Source of the DNA: Callorhinchus milii
Lineage: Eukaryota
DNA length: 64,000 bases
Reading direction: 5' to 3'
Assembly: GCF_018977255.1 (NCBI RefSeq)
Contig: NW_024704758.1
Location: 13,268,001 to 13,332,000 of the forward strand
The translations under genes and the position numbers were made by a program. The notes under the pieces were generated by a model. It did no database searches. It had not been told where the DNA came from and was given only the letters and a program-made list of their open reading frames with translations. This document shows positions 11,961 to 26,902 of the stretch, piece after piece; position 1 is the stretch's first letter, and each line of letters begins with the position of its first letter.

Positions 11961-14779
11961 GGTGCTATTATACCCCTATACTGTTGGCTCTCGGAGATGT
12001 CACTGTGGAATCCAGGACACCTATGTCACTGACTGTCACAGTGCAGTAAAATACTAATNAAAAATAATCCTTGCGCTTGATAAAACGGCTGTCACATCAG
12101 GAGGATGTCTCAAAGTACTTCACAGGCTATACTGTAGTATAAAGGGTGACAACTGAGCATTCTGTAGGTTGCTACATACACCAATAAGTTTCCAGCAACT
12201 CATTGCAACTCGCTGCTAATTTGCACATGAACACACATGCATCCTTTTCAGGGGCACCCATCAGTTTTTGAATCACAGCTCTGTCACCTCATGCCTCAGC
12301 AGTAAGCCATGAAAACAATACAGTAACTCTGTAATCCATTGCAATGTCCATCATCCTGCCGCCTGCCAAAACTCCCTTACAGATAACAAACCCTCCATCT
12401 CTCTGGCTTGTCACTCTCCATTATTGTCATTCCATTCTCATCTCATTGCTCTTCCTTATTTTACACTGGCTATCATCTCTAGCTGCTAGTGTCTCTCCAC
12501 CCCTGGTTCTTTTATTCTAACGAAAATAGTCTCCTTTATTTTCCAGCTACACTTCTCAGCTTTTTTCAGTATTCCCTGTTCAATGGCAGTATGGATAGAA
12601 AATGAGCCCTTGTTTTTGCGACTGCATCACTTGACATCAGGGTGGGGATAGCACTCACATCCAACCTTCCGAGCAGTAATAGTTGCTGAAAATACAGCTA
12701 ATAAGTTTTTTGAAAACAGCTCATTTCAAGTTAATTTTGAGACTTAAATACACAACTGCTGAAATTCTGGATGACTTGAATTAATCATAACTCTGAACAC
12801 TGCACACTGTAACTCACATCATGCACAGTGCTGCCTATCCTTTGTAGGAGATATTCGTAGGAAAGAGGACAGATGAATCACTCTTTATTTTGTTCTGTTT
12901 TCCTTTTTATCACTGGATTATGGGCTCTAAGACATACAAGACTGCAGACATTGCTTCAGTTGATAAAGGTACTAATTAAAATCCTATTTTTAGAACTGGA
13001 GTCATTTGTTTTCTAGAGTAGAACTGATAACAAAATGAAAGACGTGTGTCCTTAAAAGCAGTTCAGAAGCTTGTGAAATACAACGATGCTTAAAAATCCC
13101 TTTTTTAAAAAGAGACAAAAAACACAAAAGGTTTGAAACACTCTGATCGCCTTTAATAAATAATTGTTCTCAAATCTACCCCCCCAAAACCATTCAATAA
13201 AAAGGATTGAATGCATTGAGTTCATTTGACTTAATCTAATCACTGGAATTAACTTTAAACTGAGTGAACCCTTGCAGGCATTATATTTGCAGTTGATGTT
13301 ATCTCTTTCTTTGCTCCCAAAGAGCTTAATTAGCCACAGTATTAGAGTTCAATGGTAGAAAATAACTGACCCAGGAATAAACAAATACCATACTATTACT
13401 TTTCTATGTGGAGTTCAGACTTTGCTTTATTAAAGCAAATGTGCAGATATCCATCACATTATGAGCTAATACTTTAGTCGAAGTAATTTTAAAAATTTTG
13501 GGTATAAATATTAGGCATTACTTTTGTTTCAACTCTGGAACAAGGCATGTAAGGCTCTTAATCTCCCCCACTCTCCTCTCCTCCACTGTCTCTGAGATCT
13601 ATATCCATGTTTTTCCCACCTTGCGTTTTCCAACCTCAACAGCATCCTTGGCTCCAGTTTCAGCTGATCGAGATCACTGCATCTTGAGCTCTCTCCAACA
13701 TAACGTTCTAGATATCCCTTCTCACTGAAGCAGAAACACTGTTGTCTACACTACAGCATAACCTCGTCCGGCAGCAAACAATATCTGGGAATACGAGCTG
13801 ATTTTTCACTTGCTTATCCACAGGACTCTGAGGCCAATTGTGACAGACTTGCTGCTGCTTCAGACCTGGAATTGAACCTGGGCCCTTTCCAGCTCTATTC
13901 GGTTCAATTTCACTCCAGGCACTAACTTCACCAACTCAACCATCCATATAGTCTGAGGACCTTTCTTAGATATGTGTCAATTCTATGAAGCACTTAGGTC
14001 AATGTACCTCCATGACTGTTTCCCAAAATGACACCAATGACTACCATCATCAAACAAACATGCCTCTTTCCATTGGTTGTATTAGTGAAACATGATTCAC
14101 ACAGGAAGGCAGAGATATATGGAGCCTGCTCCCTATCAACAGAATTTAATAGCTGCTCATTGCATCCTGCTATTTTTCCTGATACAGTAATCTCTGTGAC
14201 ATTCCAATGGACTGGGTGACTGATAGGTATAAAACCAAAGCAGGTTCGCTTCAGTATTTGTGCATTGACAAATCACTGATTAAAGTGAAATAAACACTGA
14301 ACTGTGCTTGAGGTGATTCAAACTGATTCACTCAGCCTGAAGAGGCAGCGTTCCAGCAGGAGATCCATTGGTTGTTATAGTGTCCAAGCAAACGTTGATG
14401 TCATAACAAAGTGTGGACCCTACCACCCACCTCCCCCACAACCAGTCGTCAGTTCCTGAAAACGCAAGTAGACAGAACAGTCCTTTCTCATTGGCATCTC
14501 TGGTTCATGGCGGTTGAGATCCGCATTTATCCGATTCCGCGCACTGCAGTGATGTAAAAGATGCCATTGGTCATCAGTGTGTTTGGGCAACTGAAGCAAA
14601 CGCTGACAATGAATCGGCACAGATCTAATAATAAAGTCATTGCCAGTGAAAGGAGATTGAGAACAATGAGGGAAAAGTGTGATAACTGATATAATCACAT
14701 TCAATCTGTGGTGAAACATCATATTTTTCATCCCTATATCAGCAATCATAGAAGTGGAATTCCTAACAATCAGACAATA

Positions 14780-15234
14780 ATAATGATAATAATCCTTGCA
14801 TTTGGTACAGCGCCTGATAGCGTCGTCAAGACGTCTCAAAGCGCTTCACAGGATATACTGTGTATTTTGTGATCAAATGCGGTCAGCAGATGAGCACAGC
14901 AATGTCCCACTAACAACCATGGAGTGAGTGACCAATTTTATTTAGCGGATTTATTGGCCAGGACACCAGGAGAAATTTCTTTCTGTTTTTCAAATAGTGT
15001 CATGGGATCTTTAACATCCACCTGACCAGGCAGACAGGACCTCGGTTTAATGTCCCATCCAATGGACAGCATCTCTGACATTGCGACAACTGTCCCCCTC
15101 TCCCCCCACCCCATCCCCCGCACTGCATTAGAGTGTCATCTTAGATTATGTGATTCGAAGTCCCGACGTGGAATGTGAATGCACAACTTTCTGAATCGGA
15201 GGCGAGAGTGCTGTCACTGAGCCAAGCTGACACG
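14780..15234 (-). mobile_element. Deu-domain tRNA SINE (SacSINE1/AmnSINE-like) with L2-type tail
   Basis: Head CAGCTTGGCTCAGTG...; Deu-like core TTAAACCGAGGTCCTGTCTGCC...CAGGTGGATGTTAAAGATCCCATGACACTATT; shared tail. Confidence 0.8.
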
Positions 15235-16017
15235 CAGACCATTTTCACAACTTGGTTACAACTCATTTTTCAAGCAAAAGCAACATATGCCTCAATAAAC
15301 TAACAATATCTAATAATTCTGGGACAGGGATTCTTAATTTGCAATCTTTCATTATACGTTGCTAACCCCATGATGAGACTAACACTTCACCATCAATCTC
15401 AAGTCACCATTGTTCTCTTGTCGGGCATGAAATGTATCCTGGAAAGAGGCAAAATTCTACTTTTCTTTTGTACAGAAGGATTGCGGAGAGACAGTAACCT
15501 GCCCATTGAAGTTCTAAGAAGCCTCTACTTTGTTTCATGTGCACATTTGTCATTGTGTTCCTTGAATTAGCAAGGAGATCTGACTTAAATACCAGCAGTG
15601 GGGTAACAATTCCATTCATTGTTACACTTAGCAACTCTAAAGGGAAATCCCATTATTGGCCAACATAACCCTTGGCAATATGTAATACCAAGGGGAATTT
15701 TTATCCCAATGATCTGTGTATTATTAGGAAAGAATTCATTCACTTCATGACTGTTTGTAGGTCATTGCTGTGCACAATCTGGCTGGTAGATTTGCCTTCA
15801 AATACGTAGTCACTCCACTTCACAGTNAAAAAAATATCCTGGAAAATGCTTTGAGACATTTCAACAATGTCATAAGGCGCTATATCAAATGCAAGGATTA
15901 TTATTATTATTTTCAATCCAATAAGTTGAAATGTAGCCCAATACACCATTTGTGTTGTATACTCAATGCTTTCATTGAATGGTCAGTAATGATGCCCAAA
16001 TTCTTGTCCTTACTTGG

Positions 16018-16156
16018 GAAGGACAAGTTTGCAGGGTTATAGGGAGAGCACGGCGGAGTGGGATTGATTTGGAAGCTCTTTTCAAAGAGTCAGCACAGAC
16101 ACAATGGGCCAAATAGCCTCCTTCTGTGCTTTATAATTCTATGATTCTATGATTCT
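16018..16156 (+). mobile_element. CR1-type 3' tail
   Basis: CACAGACACAATGGGCCAAATAGCCTCCTTCTGTGC followed by ATTCTATG repeats. Confidence 0.8.
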
Positions 16157-18376
16157 TACTCAATTTTGCCTGTGGGCATGCTTTCATTATGTACATATCT
16201 ACTTTTCCACAATGAATAACCTTACTGCATCATAACCCATATGCTATTCCTCGGCCTACCCATTAATTGCTCCAGATGTCTTCGAATGCTATCAATCTCT
16301 CTTATACTCATCACTTACTCTGATGTCTTCGACATATTCTATGGTATTAGAAGAATTAGGCTCCTCAATAACATTCATAAATAGGGTGAATAATATGGAC
16401 CACCTTCATATATGAGTCCATAGCTTAGGACTGCATAGCTTTGGACTGTACTAAATCTTTGCACAAGATATGGATTTACTTACTATCAGATTCAATGGCT
16501 CAATAAATAGAAGCTTTACAGAACACCGAATCCACCAGAGATGATATGCAGAGCTATATTTTGTTCAAATTGGATGAATCCAATTTTCCAGCAATCTTTG
16601 CAATCCTTTGTAACTATTTTTTGCTCTTTTGAAGATGAAATGACGCCACACAATAAACTTTCAGCCGCNAAAAAACACAACTTTCCTTATCTCGTTATTC
16701 TATTCCAAAGAATATAATCTGCCTAGACAGCTCCCATGGACCCAAAATGGGTTTTGAGCCCAGAAAGGATCTGCCATTTAGAAACTAACCGTTTTTAATT
16801 TTGCTTATCGATATTTGACAAATCAACAGTCTGGCATATTTTATCACATTCTCATTCGTATTTTTCACCATTCTACCTGTTGACCGTAAGCTATTTTCAA
16901 CATACAAGAGAATAAAGCCAGAAAAGTATGACGAATTTAGTAGATGTGTAAAACGCCTGACCATACATCTGTCTGAAGTGTATCTTTGACTCATGCCTAT
17001 AAATATCTGACCATTCAAAGATGCCGCTGTAGTAAATCAACCCATACGCTGTAACTCTGCTCTTCCCCACTCACATGCCACCATGAAATTCACCACATTA
17101 CAAGCATTTATTTTAGGGTTTTCACAGATTGGGATTTTCTTTTCGTAAACTTCAAGAAATTATATTTCGAATCGAAGTAATTTCTATTCTTAACTCTGGG
17201 CCCTGCTGTTTGTTACAGATGTAATTAGTGCATGGGGGGGTGGAACGTGAATCTTGCTGTTATGCAAGTTCATTTGGACTAATTCCTTAGGGTTTTATTT
17301 TTAAAAAGTGGTCGCCTGCACAACAGGTCGGTGTTGATTGGATGCGCAATTTTGCAAAGCAAACTATAATTCACACAAATGCAGCGAGGGCTGGTATGTT
17401 GTCCGTATTTCACAGGAGGGTGTCAAGTCAGCTGATCCGAGCCAGTTTCAATGGTAGCAGACAGCAGCAGTTGGGGGCCTTAGTCTGTTGCTAGGCCACG
17501 GGGGACCCCTGGTAAAACCTGTCATCACTCATCTGATGTGCTTGGAACAACAGCTCAGACCTCTTGATCAGACCCTGCTATCTTTAGCGGCAATGGCATG
17601 CACCCACAGGGCCTGTGTGTGGCTGCTCCTGTTCAGCCTGAGTGCTGGTTTCTGATGACAGAATGTCAGGATCAATTTGCACACTTAATCCCCTTCACTA
17701 GTGGAAAACCACTCGTGTGTGCACTCCGCACATACAATCACTGCATACTTCATTCAAACCGACACATGCATTTAAACTATTTGCCCTCGACAAGACTACT
17801 CAGCATTTTTACTTTAATAAGAGACACTTTTATTTCTCGAGGCTCTGATGTCATTAGGATATATGATCCAAGGACAACTTGCTCCATATATAACGTAAGA
17901 TATACACACACACTGTTTTCCTTTTATGCTTTAACAGCAAACTATCCGTTGATTTATTGTGACTTGTTATGCCCTGTACACTGTGTCCCAGCTAACGTTC
18001 TGAAGTGTAGGGTTTAGCAGTCGGATTAGGCTGAGGCATTGTATAGTTTTGGTTGTCATTTGAACAAAAACAGCCCCATTCGAGGCAGCCTCTTAAATTG
18101 AATTATTCAGAGAGAAAATACAAAGAAATCACCAGAAGGATCCTGCAGCTCATCGTCAAAACAGTTCAGGATGTGGTCAGTTACCAACAGATCAGCAGAT
18201 AAACAGCTTGCTTCATTATTTCATATAAAAACATATTGACAATTCAGAAAATCTAATGTTAGAGATTTGTATTCCCTCTTGTGAGAATGTACTGGATATG
18301 TTTAAGTGTCTCCAGTGGCCTCTGATATTACCACAGAACAGTCCAGGATAACATCCTGGGAGATAATATAAATATA

Positions 18377-18677
18377 ATAATAATATAACCCTTGCATTTG
18401 ATAGAGCGCTTTTCAGGTCGTCAAGATGTCTCAAAGCGCTTCACAAAATATACTGTGAAGTGAATTGACTGTATATTTGTGGGCGAAATAGCCAATTGCA
18501 CATAGGAGCATCCCTCAAACAGTTGGGATTGAAGTGACCAAATTATTATTGTTTTTTTCTTCAGGGATTATTATCGGTCGTGTGGAGTAAGGAAACTTGC
18601 CCAAGGTTTCGCCCCCTGCCGGTTACTGGTCTATCGCTTGTGAGGCGAATGCTCTAACCACTGAGCTACAGGACTTC
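18377..18677 (-). mobile_element. tRNA-derived SINE (CAC anticodon head variant)
   Basis: Reverse complement starts GAAGTCCTGTAGCTCAGTGGTTAGAGCATTCGCCTCACAAGCGA; same body and tail as the family. Confidence 0.88.
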
Positions 18678-20310
18678 ACAGTTCTGGGAAATGATGATTC
18701 ACCGTTAATGAGTCATAGCTTGAAAATAAAGAAACAAAAGTCAATAAGCGGTTCAAAGAGATTATTTATATAGCAAAAGGGGGGACAGAGTTATTAGGTT
18801 ATTTGATGTAAGAATCTTTTGGGAAGTCGAACTGGTAGATTGTCCAATGCTCTACTGCTGTTTAAAGCGCTCTGGATCACTGCCGCAATGATGATGAATG
18901 CAAGTTGTTGTTGTTGTTGTTGTCATCGTCTAAAACTGTTACCGTTATTAATAAGGTTTGATCATACTTTTCGTAAAGATATTAACCGGATATACAAAAA
19001 TCATGTGGAATTTATAAATACAGAGCATTACAGACATACGCATACATGTTATATGTGTCATGTCATACATATCACGTATGAGTGATAATCTGGATCATTA
19101 ACATTTTCACGAAGGTGCGTAAACAACAAGCTTCAGCCTGAGGCAAATACAACAACAACAACAAAATTACATGTGTATAGGGCCTTTCATGTCGGGAGGA
19201 TGTCCCAAGGTGCTGGACAGACAGAATTACGGACCCGAGCTGAGGGTCGGGGTGGGGGAGGAGGGAGGACAGGGGGGAAAGCAGGGAGATCGAAATACAA
19301 GAAGGGAAGATGGCTCACAAAATCAATGATGAAAAACCATACCGGGTCTCTTCAAAAAAAATAGCAGACAAAGTTAGCGTTTGAGCTTTGCTGCAAGGAA
19401 TAACCCCACACACCTCTCATGTGCCCAATGCATGTTTTAATAAACACGCTGAAGAATTGCGCAGTCTCAGTAACCAGTAAATGGTTCAATCTCAGCAACA
19501 TGTGTTGTTAATAATTGCTCGTGTGGTTCAACAAAGTGCAAAATAACTGTGGGAAAGGTATTGTTATCGGATAGTCATTTGTGTATCATCAGAAAAAATT
19601 AGGAGACATTGCGAAAAATGTTAGTTAAGTAAACAAGGATATTATTAAGTGACCTTTGGTATTTAACGTTTTGTCACCTTTTTGCAGTTTGTACTTCACA
19701 ACACTGCCTGATGTAATCTGATAAAGTTGTCAATGTTGCTGCCTGCACCTACCCAGAAGGGCAGCCGCCTGTCAGCATAACATGCTAAATCATTACCAGG
19801 AGGGCACAACCTATCTTACACACTCAAGTCAAGGCATGAGCAGCTGTGCACAAGAATCCATCATACTTTACAGCACAGTCACAATTTTCCAGGAAACAGA
19901 AATTGATTAATAGCGTCCGTGGCAAACAGTCACCAAGATGGAGACTTTGATCACCCAATGTTAAGTTTTAACTTGATATCGGACCCCGTCTTCAAATTAT
20001 TATTAGAAATTATGGAAAATTCTTTCATTCGGTTTTCATTTGGAAGTTCTGTTATCTTTAATAACTGTGGGATACCCCATAGACCATTCTCTAACGTGTC
20101 CTCAAAGAGCAATAAGTGCTTGTGAATCAGTGGTAATTCCCATCGCATTCTAGATTTTTCGATCCGAATGAAAGGTGACTAAATGAAAATGAAAAAATTG
20201 GTCGTTCACTTCATGGTTGTTTGTTGGGATGTTACTGTGCACAAATTGGCTGGTGTGTTCCTCTGTGAACGCATCCTGTGAAGGACTTTGAGGTGATGTC
20301 AAAGGCACTA

Positions 20311-20674
20311 TAATAATAAAAATAATCCTTGCATTTAATATAGCACCTTTTCAAATCTTTGAGATGTCGCAAAGCGCTTCACAGAATATACTATGAAGTA
20401 AATTGACTGTATATTTTGTGGGAGCATCAGCCAACTGCGCACAGCAGGGTCCCACAAACAGTCGTGGATTGAAGTGACCAATTTTTTTTTGAAGGAATTA
20501 TTACCCCCGGAAAAGCAATCCGCCAATCGTTTAACAACTGGGTTCCTACTTACTGCAAGGCAAACAGAGGAGTGTGGGGTAAGGAAACTTGCCCAACATT
20601 TTGCCCTGCTGGGAAACAAACCCAGATCTCTTGCTTGTGAGGCGAGCGCTCTAACCACTGAGTTACAGGACTCC
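20311..20674 (-). mobile_element. tRNA-derived SINE (CAC head variant, longer central segment)
   Basis: Reverse complement starts GGAGTCCTGTAACTCAGTGGTTAGAGCGCTCGCCTCACAAGC; carries an extra internal block of roughly 60 bp; abuts a plus-strand SINE tail at about 20195-20315. Confidence 0.88.
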
Positions 20675-23600
20675 ACTATATCACTATGTGGACTTGTTCT
20701 CTGATTTTCCTCTTGATATTCCTCAAGCAGGTGGAAGGGAAACTAAGCAGAAATGAGATTCCTTCCCTGAGAGAAATCGGAAAGCAAATTACCCCACCTC
20801 ACTTTCAAGGGCCCCCATAATAGTCAACTCAAGAGTGACAAGAGCAGAGACTTGACAACTTGCCTGATCCCCCACCCCCGGTTTGAGAATAGTGTCCAAT
20901 GGGGGAAACAAGGGGAAGAGAAAAGAGACAGCAAAAATTGAAGCAAGAGATAACAAAGTATGAAAAAGAGGATAGATTTAGAGGCATCACTGCCTTCCCT
21001 TCGTTGCTGTGAGGAGCTCCATCTAGCTCACTGATCCAGAATTGCCAAACCTCGAACAATGAGCTTTGCCAAGTTTACATGTCATTCAAACCTGGGTATC
21101 CAACCTCAGGGCCTTTGACTGCAAGTTCAGCGCTCTTCAAATGGAGCTCCTAAGCTGCCCTTTGGGTCAAATATTTTAGAAATTCTGTCCATGTTTGACA
21201 ACTGATTTTTTTTTTAAAAGCACGATAGAAGTTATTTCAGGACTGATTACGATTCTCAAAAACACCCCACCAATAACCACTGGATCATGGCCAGCGTGAT
21301 AAAAGTCAAATATTTTTCCATTGATTGCTTTTATCAAATCACACTAATTAGAACACATACACAAGTTAATTACCGTTGAATTGGAATCAAACTCTACACA
21401 AGTGAACATGCCTTTTAGGTACCTTTAAAATGTCCGTTGAGAGAACTGTTTCATGATTCTGACTGTATCGGGAAACACAAGACATTGGCTGATAGATTAG
21501 GTTGATCATGAGTGCTACTTTTGCTTCTAAAAATATTTTTTTCTCAAAGAACAAATCAGGATAAAATAAATCCGAGGGCCACAGTCATCACTCTTAGCAG
21601 TGTGGGAGATTGTCTCAACACATGGGATATTACAGCATATCACAACCAGCACTGACAACTCTGATAATAGACTGGGGAAAGGAATCTTGTTCACAACTAT
21701 GTTATATCAATGAGCACCTCATGTTGGTTGGGTCAGGGTTTGAATTATAAGGCCTCCAGCAGTAGCGCCAGACACAAACTATTTATTTTGTTTTAATGGG
21801 GATTATTGGACACGTGAAGAATGTTTACGATTTTCCATTAGGTCAGATGATTTCACTTCAGGCATGACTAGTTTCCATATTGAAAGCCCTCTTGATGTTG
21901 GTTAATGACAATTTTACTGAACTCTTTTCAACTCTGAATATTTCCATCTTCGCAAATATCATGGAGCTGATATAATATTTAGCTCCACAATTCCTTGCAG
22001 AACAGAGATCGAGTTGCAGGGTACAAAGGAGTAATGCATTAGCTGCTTTATTTCTGTGCAGTAGATTATAAACTGGATCCTACAACCATAAACAAAATCT
22101 AAATGGCAGAGATGTAGAAATATTTGGAACTGAGGAAGTCAGTTTGTTATCAGACTTCTTTGATAAACTTCACATTGCTCTATAACATGATAACATTTGA
22201 CTTATCTCAACAACAGTGGTACCAACGATAAAACAAAGATCTGGCTCCAGTTAGAAAGGGAGTGAGTTTTCTGGAATGATGTGACTCACTCACCCTTGTT
22301 GTTTTACAGTGTATTTCATCTTAGTTCACAGTGAATGTACAAGAAGTCAAACTCCCACTTCTCGCAATTGCTATTTGGGAGCATATGTTTTGACTGGAGT
22401 CCCACAAAACTATTGATGATAATATTGACAGGCTTCCCAGCATAACTTCATTCAGCTATCTCAAAATAAACATTACACAGAGCATTGAACTGTTCGTAAG
22501 TCTTAGTACAGTTCATCCATACAACTATTGGTCAGCTAAAATATGAAGGCCATTCACTCAAAATCTAGCATTATTCATATTGTATTATTCGCATCTGGCA
22601 TTATTCGGTCACTGCAGGTTAGGAATCTAATAAAGCTCACATTGACAAATATTGTAAGTTTATTGCAGAAGCAGGCAGTTAGGCTAACCTTCCAATACAA
22701 TGGGCACATTATGAAAACCTAAAGTACTGAAACTGGTTGCAACAGAAAGCAACGCGTATTTAGTTCGTCATCCTTTTATCTCAATCTGATTTCTTCCTTG
22801 AAGCTTAACATGATTAATGGATTAATAAAAATGACATGAAGGCTTTAGAAAGCCAAACGATGATTGGATCATTCAAGTCCCTTTCGTCTAAAGCAATATG
22901 AAGTTAACCTAATGTAGATTTCATCCATCTCCTGGGGAAAGTGGTTGATGTTCCTCAACCCTAAAATCTAACGAAACAGAGATCTCCAGAATATTCATCC
23001 ACTCACACATTACCTCTCTTTAAATCTGACCTGCTTCCCTCCATAGGCAGCATACCCTTCCATCGACGGCCTCAGCAACACATAAATGATTGTATTTTGT
23101 GTTGTTCCATTTCAGTCTACATGATACCTGTAACCTTCAACATCTTTCTCAAACAGTTACTGTACTTATCTAGTTCTTTATTGAAAAAGTTAATTGATCA
23201 ACTGTCTTTATTGGAAGCCTATTCCACATATTCACTGCTCTGTGATTGTATGAGGGAGGAGTTATTTAGAACCTATGTTTCGCTGCTAAAGTTTGTAGCC
23301 TCCTTAAATCTTCATCATTTATGCTTCTCATAATTTTAAAGACATTGATTGTATCCTATTCTAGATTCCCAATGTTTTTCTAGTAAGTCAGCTCTTCGGG
23401 CATTTCCTTCCTGATCTAGCTCCTAGAATCATCCTAATCATCCTTAAACGTTCGCCAGCGCTTTCATATTTTTTGAGAATGTACTGTGTCGTTTTCGTTC
23501 AAATGTGGCCACAATAGTGCTGTAGACAACGTAAGAGTAATGTATTTTAGATTCAAGTCATGTACTTTCATTTGATGACTAATGGTGACTCATGAGGAAT

Positions 23601-25702
23601 ATTTCACGAGTGTTGTTGATAACAGCTTTGTATAGGTTTGAAGCCCTCAAGAAATGACGATGCTGGGAGCAAATTTGTGTTCCATTAGTTATTTATCACG
23701 TTGACTGGGCCAGACAACCTCCTCGCCAACACGTCATTCTCTCAGACACAGGGCAGCGTCCCAACCCAAGCGATCTGGGATGCCAACCTGCTTAAGGGGC
23801 GCTATGTAAATGCAAGTTGTTGTTGACTGTAGCATTAAATTTCCAGCCTGTGCCACTTGCTAGTTAGCGGCATACCAGCGTTTTAGTCGACAAAAATCTC
23901 TCAAATATTTTAAACAGGGCCTCACCTATTTCCTTGAGGATTTAAGGGTGTATCATTGTTGGCCTTCTTGCATGATATCTGTTTGTGTTAAAAGATTCTC
24001 ATCAAAACAGATTTGAATCCCAGTGGCTGGAGATTGTTTCCTTCAATGGTTTTTTTTAGACTTTGTTTTGCTTTCTATATGAGTTTGTTATCAACTGACC
24101 TCCTCATTACCTTAACTGCAAAACACTGATTAAGCAAATTGTTATTGAGTCTCCAAATATTTATTAAAATTCCAATTTTATCAAAAGATTGTCTTTGTAA
24201 ACTTTGGAATGGCAAATCCAGGCAAACAATTTTGACATTTAGCATTTAATTCAGATATAGATAAATGATATAAACACATACGTATGCCTTACGTGCAGCC
24301 CATAGGATCTGCTGAATTTGAGCATATGCAATGTCAGTGGCTTTGAGTGCTGTTGTAATGTTTATGTCACTTTTGCAAAAGGCAAGTTGAACAGTATTCA
24401 TGAATTAGGAATGGAATTATCAGCCCAGAGTTCCTGCTTTTAAAGGTTACTAGTGACCTCTGCTGGTAGTCCACATGCATTGATCCTAACCTTGTAAAAA
24501 GGGAAGAAACAGCAACAAAAATAAAAACAAATACAAACATTCAAAAATAAACTGCCCGGTCAACAACAACAACAACGACGACTTGGATTTATAATAGCGC
24601 CCTCCACGCTGGAAGACGTCTCAGAGCGCTTCACAGTAACGGATCCCGGGGCCGAGCCAGGAGCAGGGGGAGGAAGGTGACCAAAGACCGCGGTCGAAAA
24701 GAAAGGTCAATGTTAAGCCAACACACCAAGGGAATTGAATACTCTTGGTTGTGGGAAATTGTAGACACTTCTCTAAGAGGGACTTCCCAGGTTGAGAATG
24801 GGATGGAATCACTACTCGGGAGTGTTACATGAATATACAGTATGTGCACGACTACACATCAGTTATGCAGCAAAATATGTTCTGCAGGGTTATTTCTTTA
24901 ACTTGTCAACCACATCAGGTTTTTCTTTCTCTTGTATTATTACAGAATCGATGGGAGTATCACAAAGCCGTTTGTTGTGTACAGACTACCATCTAGTGGC
25001 CAAGATCATCTGTTAATGGCCACGAGGAGGAGGTTACTCATGTCAAGTCATTGAGCGCTTAACAGAGAAACTGCTTGAACAGGTAAACAACTTCCAATCC
25101 CAATGGAAGCATTCGACAAGATTGCTCACAGCAGCAATCCCAAAGCTTGAATTATCAGCAGCTTCTGCCAAGTCTGCAGTCAGTGCAATTCAGCACTCCA
25201 AGACATTAGCCCACGTAAAGGGCGCTATATAAATGTAAGTTGCTGTTGTTGTTGGATTTTCTGAGGCTGTTATCAGCAAATTTAATTAAGGACTGGGGTT
25301 CAGCTCCTCTGATGGTCTTGTGGGTAAAAGTATTATTCCTCTGCAGAGCAAATACATTGAAGACCACAAGGTTTTGTTTCCTGGTCTGTGCTGAGTTAAG
25401 TTATCTCAGTTGGTCTATAAATTGTTGCTGCTCCTAAATGTTATCCAGTAACTCCTCGTTTGAAAGAGCACAGTGTAGGTACTGGGCAAGCTAAGAATGA
25501 GGTGTGTTTGCTCAGTCAAATAGCTGATTGATACTCACTGAAGAATAATACCATTCAGAAATATTTTCTGATGTTTTGGGACTGGATCATTTGAATGTTA
25601 CAATGGACTACTTTCCAATGTTAATATCTCACTCTCCTCTGTATGAGGAAGAATTTCAAAAATAACTTTACTGAACAAAATCAGAAGTGAATGAAACTTT
25701 TT

Positions 25703-25806
25703 TTTATTTTCAATCAACGTTTGTCAGAAATACAATACACCGTGAGGATGATTCCCAAAAACATTGCTCAAGCTTCATTTTCTCTACAATAAAATTAAAT
25801 TTTATT
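25703..25806 (-). terminator. Candidate polyadenylation signals for bax (AATAAA at 25806-25801 and 25708-25703)
   Basis: First canonical AATAAA hexamers seen by eye on the minus strand downstream of the stop; would give a 3' UTR of about 1.7-1.8 kb. Confidence 0.4.
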
Positions 25807-26627
25807 ATAAATTAAAAGTTGATACCAATAAAAGGGAATAAAAGACACGACAAGATCTTTGTTTTTCTCACAGAGCACACTTATGTGATTTCACACATTT
25901 TATGTCAAAAGAAAGTACAGAAGGCTAAAAAAAATCATATTAAAATGTAAACGTTTCTAAGGCTTAATCTTAGCACCGTTCCGGGTTTACAATTTTATAA
26001 AGAGAAAATGAGAACCCCTTTCACGAGTTACCCTCCCCTCATTCCGTTTCCTCTTGGCTTCTTCTCAGAAGCGAAAGCCAACTCCTCTTTCCACATTTAC
26101 AAAAATCCCTGGAGTGTGGTTCCCAAAGTGGCCAATCTTCACTTGTGAGCATAGAGTGAGGGCCAACAAGCTACTTAACAGAAGAGGGTGACACAGTGGA
26201 GCTTGACCTCTCCCCAACCGACTGCCCCCACCCCCCCTGCACACATACACACACACACAAACACATATATAACCAGTCGAGAATGCTGTAGAGGAACCTG
26301 GAGCAGGAATCCTGCCTAATTTACCCATGGGGAGACCAGGGTCAATTCAGATCCCAATGCAGGCCAAGTTGTGGCCAGCAAATTCAGTGTAGACCAGTGA
26401 GCTACCAGTCCATGGCCTACATCTCTATCTACTGAACCATCAGGGCTGCCCATCATTTCACATATTGATCTTTCATCACAGAAGTCAAGGTTCAAACAAT
26501 CAGCAGAAACAAATGCTGGGTACTCATTGCTCAATATGACACTTCATAATCGAGAGTCATCTTTTATAACTGCAGTGGAAAGATATTCTGCAGCTTTCAA
26601 CCATTCACCACATTCAACAAGAGATAT

Positions 26628-26902
26628 TAATAATAATAATAATCCTTGCATTTGATATAGCGCCTTTTCACGTCGTTGAGATGTCTCAAAGCACTTCACA
26701 GAATAAACTGGTAAAGTGAATTAATTGTATTTTGTGAGTGAAATGATCAGCTAACATTTCATCACTATAATACAACGGTTACACTGTAATAATAGTATAA
26801 TAATCCTTACATTTGATATAGCGCCTTATCACATCTTCAAGACGTCTCAAAGCCCTTCACAGGATATAACGTAAAGTGAATTGACTGTATATTTTGTGGG
26901 CA
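26628..26902 (-). mobile_element. Two tandem SINE/L2 3'-tail fragments (within the probable bax 3' UTR)
   Basis: Two consecutive copies of (AAT)nCCTTRCATTTGATATAGCGCC...TCTCAAAGC..TTCACAG. Confidence 0.8.
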
